Source: Callorhinchus milii (taxonomy: Eukaryota). Taken from it: 64,000 nucleotides of DNA. The DNA lies in NCBI RefSeq assembly GCF_018977255.1, contig NW_024704744.1, positions 21,824,001-21,888,000 of the forward strand, given 5' to 3'. Numbering within the stretch: position 1 is the first letter of the stretch; the number at the start of each line of letters is the position of its first letter. Made by a program: the position numbers and the translations under genes. Below the pieces are notes generated by a model. The model saw nothing but the letters and a program-made list of their open reading frames with translations, did not search any database and was not told where the DNA came from. Positions 61,441 to 64,000 of this stretch are shown piece by piece.

Positions 61441-61604
61441 AAATAATAAGAAAATAATTTAAGTCTTGATCCAGATGAAATTCTGCTCCAACTTTTTTTG
61501 TCAAACTCCTCAATTGTTGGAGTTGTCATATATACTTTGTTTTAAAGAAATCCTCTATTTTAAAACTTGAATACAAGGTTCCTCTCAAATATTGCATTAT
61601 ACAA

Positions 61605-62705
61605 AGATTTACGTAGATTGTACAGCACACAAACAAACCACTCAGCCCAACCTCGTCGATGTTTATACTCTACACAAGTCTCCACCCATTCCTTACTGCC
61701 TTCCACATCCTTCTATTCCCCTTTCCCTCATGTGAAGGTCTAGCTTCCTATTGAAAGCATCTATACTATCTGATTTAACCTCTGCCTTAGGCAGCGAGTT
61801 CTGCTACCCTCTGTTTGAAGCAGTTCCTTCTAAATTCTCTTTTGGATTCCCCCAGTCGCTACCTTATACTTGTATCCCCCAGTTACTGACTCCCAAACCA
61901 GTGGAAACAACCTATTTATGATAACCTTATGATAACCTTTTCTCATTTTAAACACTTCTATTATGTTCCCTCTTAGCGAATAAAGATCTAACCTTGCCAG
62001 TCTGTCCTGATAGCAGTCACCTGCCAGCTCTGTGATCATCCTTGTAAACCTACATTTTTTCTTTCCTTCATTGTTTTATCCTTCCTTTAGACCCCAAACT
62101 CCAAATGCGGTCTAACCAAGGTTTTGTACAAACTCAATATCACCTACTCAATTTTATATTCTACACCTCTGGATATAAAGCCAAATTGGCTTTTTTTAAA
62201 TAGCCTTATCTTCCTGTGGAGCTACTTTTAGAGATTTGTGGATCTAAATCCGCAGATCTGTTTGCTCCTCCACTCAACCCTCTTGGGTTCCTGTCATCTA
62301 GACAAGAGACCAAGTCTTTATTTTTCCTTACACAATGAAATACTTCGCATTTTCCTACAATAAACTTCATTTGCCATCTGTCTGCCCCTTCTGTTAGCCT
62401 ATTTGTAACATTCTTCTGCATTCCTCTTCACTGTTCACCATGCTTCCAGTTTGGTGTCATCTGCAAATTTCGACACCACGTGTCCTACACCGGAATTCAA
62501 ATTGTTTATTTATATGCTGAACATATATATGTATATATATATATATTCTTTATGTATATGGTCTTAATACAGATCCCTGTGGAACACCACTTCCTATCTC
62601 TTGCCAGGCTGAAAAGATGCCCTTGGCCCCAACTCATTGATTTTTGGTTCTTAACTGCTACCTCTCCCATTCTGCTACCTCTCCCAAGATTCCACATGCC
62701 CTGGT
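61605..62705 (-). mobile_element. Old 5'-truncated CR1 (~1.1 kb)
   Basis: SKFADDTKL at about 62450-62472, ADRWQMKF..KCEV, LYKTLVRPHLE and LRGNIIEVFKM. Confidence 0.88.
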
Positions 62706-63213
62706 TGTAGTCATTACAACATAGTGTCTTATACTAATCCCAAATATAGGAGTACAGTGCAGATGCTTCACACCAGTGGAGCATGTTTACCATGTCCTTT
62801 ATAGCTTGTAGAACATTAGAAGGAATAAAGAGAACATAACCATAAGTGTCACAATTCTGCTTTTATGAAAGGTAAGTGTAAATATTGCTCTGTTACCACA
62901 AACTGAAATCATTTGTTATTAATTTAAATGCGTTTTTTGAAAACCCTGTAATGCCAGACAGGATAACTCATATGTGAAATGATTTTTGACCTTCGTCCCA
63001 CAAGGGAAAGATCCAAGTAACTTATGAAGCATGAAATAGCAAGTAAGTTAAATGTTTTGCTTCTAGGTGGAGTTAATAGGTTGATGCAATACATCATGGG
63101 TGGGTTTATTAATTTCACTATTAAATTCAAAGGGAAAGCGCACTTCAAATAACTAACAGCAGCAGGGATTGCATTTTTGATAAGCATGTATTTTACAATA
63201 ATAACCTATATGG

Positions 63214-63259
63214 CATATAAAGTACTGAAAATTCGACATATAAAGTACTGAAAATTCGA
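63214..63259. repeat. 23 bp tandem duplication
   Basis: CATATAAAGTACTGAAAATTCGA occurs twice. Confidence 0.9.
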
Positions 63260-64000
63260 ATAATGTTGGCAGATGGATCTGTCTCACAAAACACATCTGT
63301 TATACAGTCTGGAAAACTACATTCTCCCAATAACAGTGAAACAATGGGGTCAATTTAAGCAGTACATTCCATATTTAGACCATCAAATGTACCCGGATGA
63401 TTGAAGCTGGGCATTGGCCATGAACTCCTTGTTAGCTAGCAGTTTAGCAAGCAAAAGTCTGAGATGTCTCTGTATGATGGAAGGATTACAATTATTGTAA
63501 AGGGCTGATAACCTGTTAGCCTGCTGACAAAGATTAGGATCATGGCTCTCCATTGACTTTGTCATTGAGAATAGCATCAGGGGAAGAGGGGATTTTCAAG
63601 CCACACACATTAGGATCCATTTAATGTCTAAATATGTATGACATTGACCCCAATAGTAACATGAATTTTCTTTTACCAATTTGAATTTCTAAGTGCTGAC
63701 TGGAATATGAATTAGAAATTGATTAGAAATGCTATTGAGTTATCAGAAGAGATAGAACTTCCGGATTTTTGTCAGTAGTATTCCTAGGTAGTTAAGGAAA
63801 CAAATAAAATGCGATCTATAGCTATATAGTTGAGACAGTAATGGTTTGGAAAAATTAGGTGCATTTTCGGATTTCTCCCACATAGAGAACTCAAGAACAA
63901 GGGACAACAAAAGTGAATAAAAAATGCAGTGGATTTCTTTTTGTATGTTTCACCCACAAAACACACAGTCACTACACTTTACAGTATATTCTGTGAAGCA

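Overview
Eukaryotic, AT-rich, non-coding window (intronic or intergenic). The repeat repertoire points to a cartilaginous fish, probably a chimaera or elephant-shark relative; this is an inference. I found no supportable host protein-coding exon, and every long ORF is either a decayed retroelement ORF or spurious. Repeats present: many CR1 LINE pieces, including one nearly full-length ~4.0 kb copy with zinc-finger/esterase ORF1 and APE-RT ORF2; L2 LINE 3' pieces; young tRNA-Ala-headed SINEs and older Deu-domain SINEs that share the L2 3' stem-loop; LF-SINE-like and AmnSINE2-like relics; and a Penelope-type terminal repeat with a decayed hammerhead ribozyme. Also present are an unclassified long-inverted-repeat family (about 8 pieces), several palindromic MITE-like hairpins, several clean nested insertions, two local duplications with ~1 kb spacing, and repeat-free homeodomain-motif-rich blocks that look like conserved non-coding elements. 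Family names come from my recall of consensus sequences, not from database searches, and coordinates of decayed copies are approximate.
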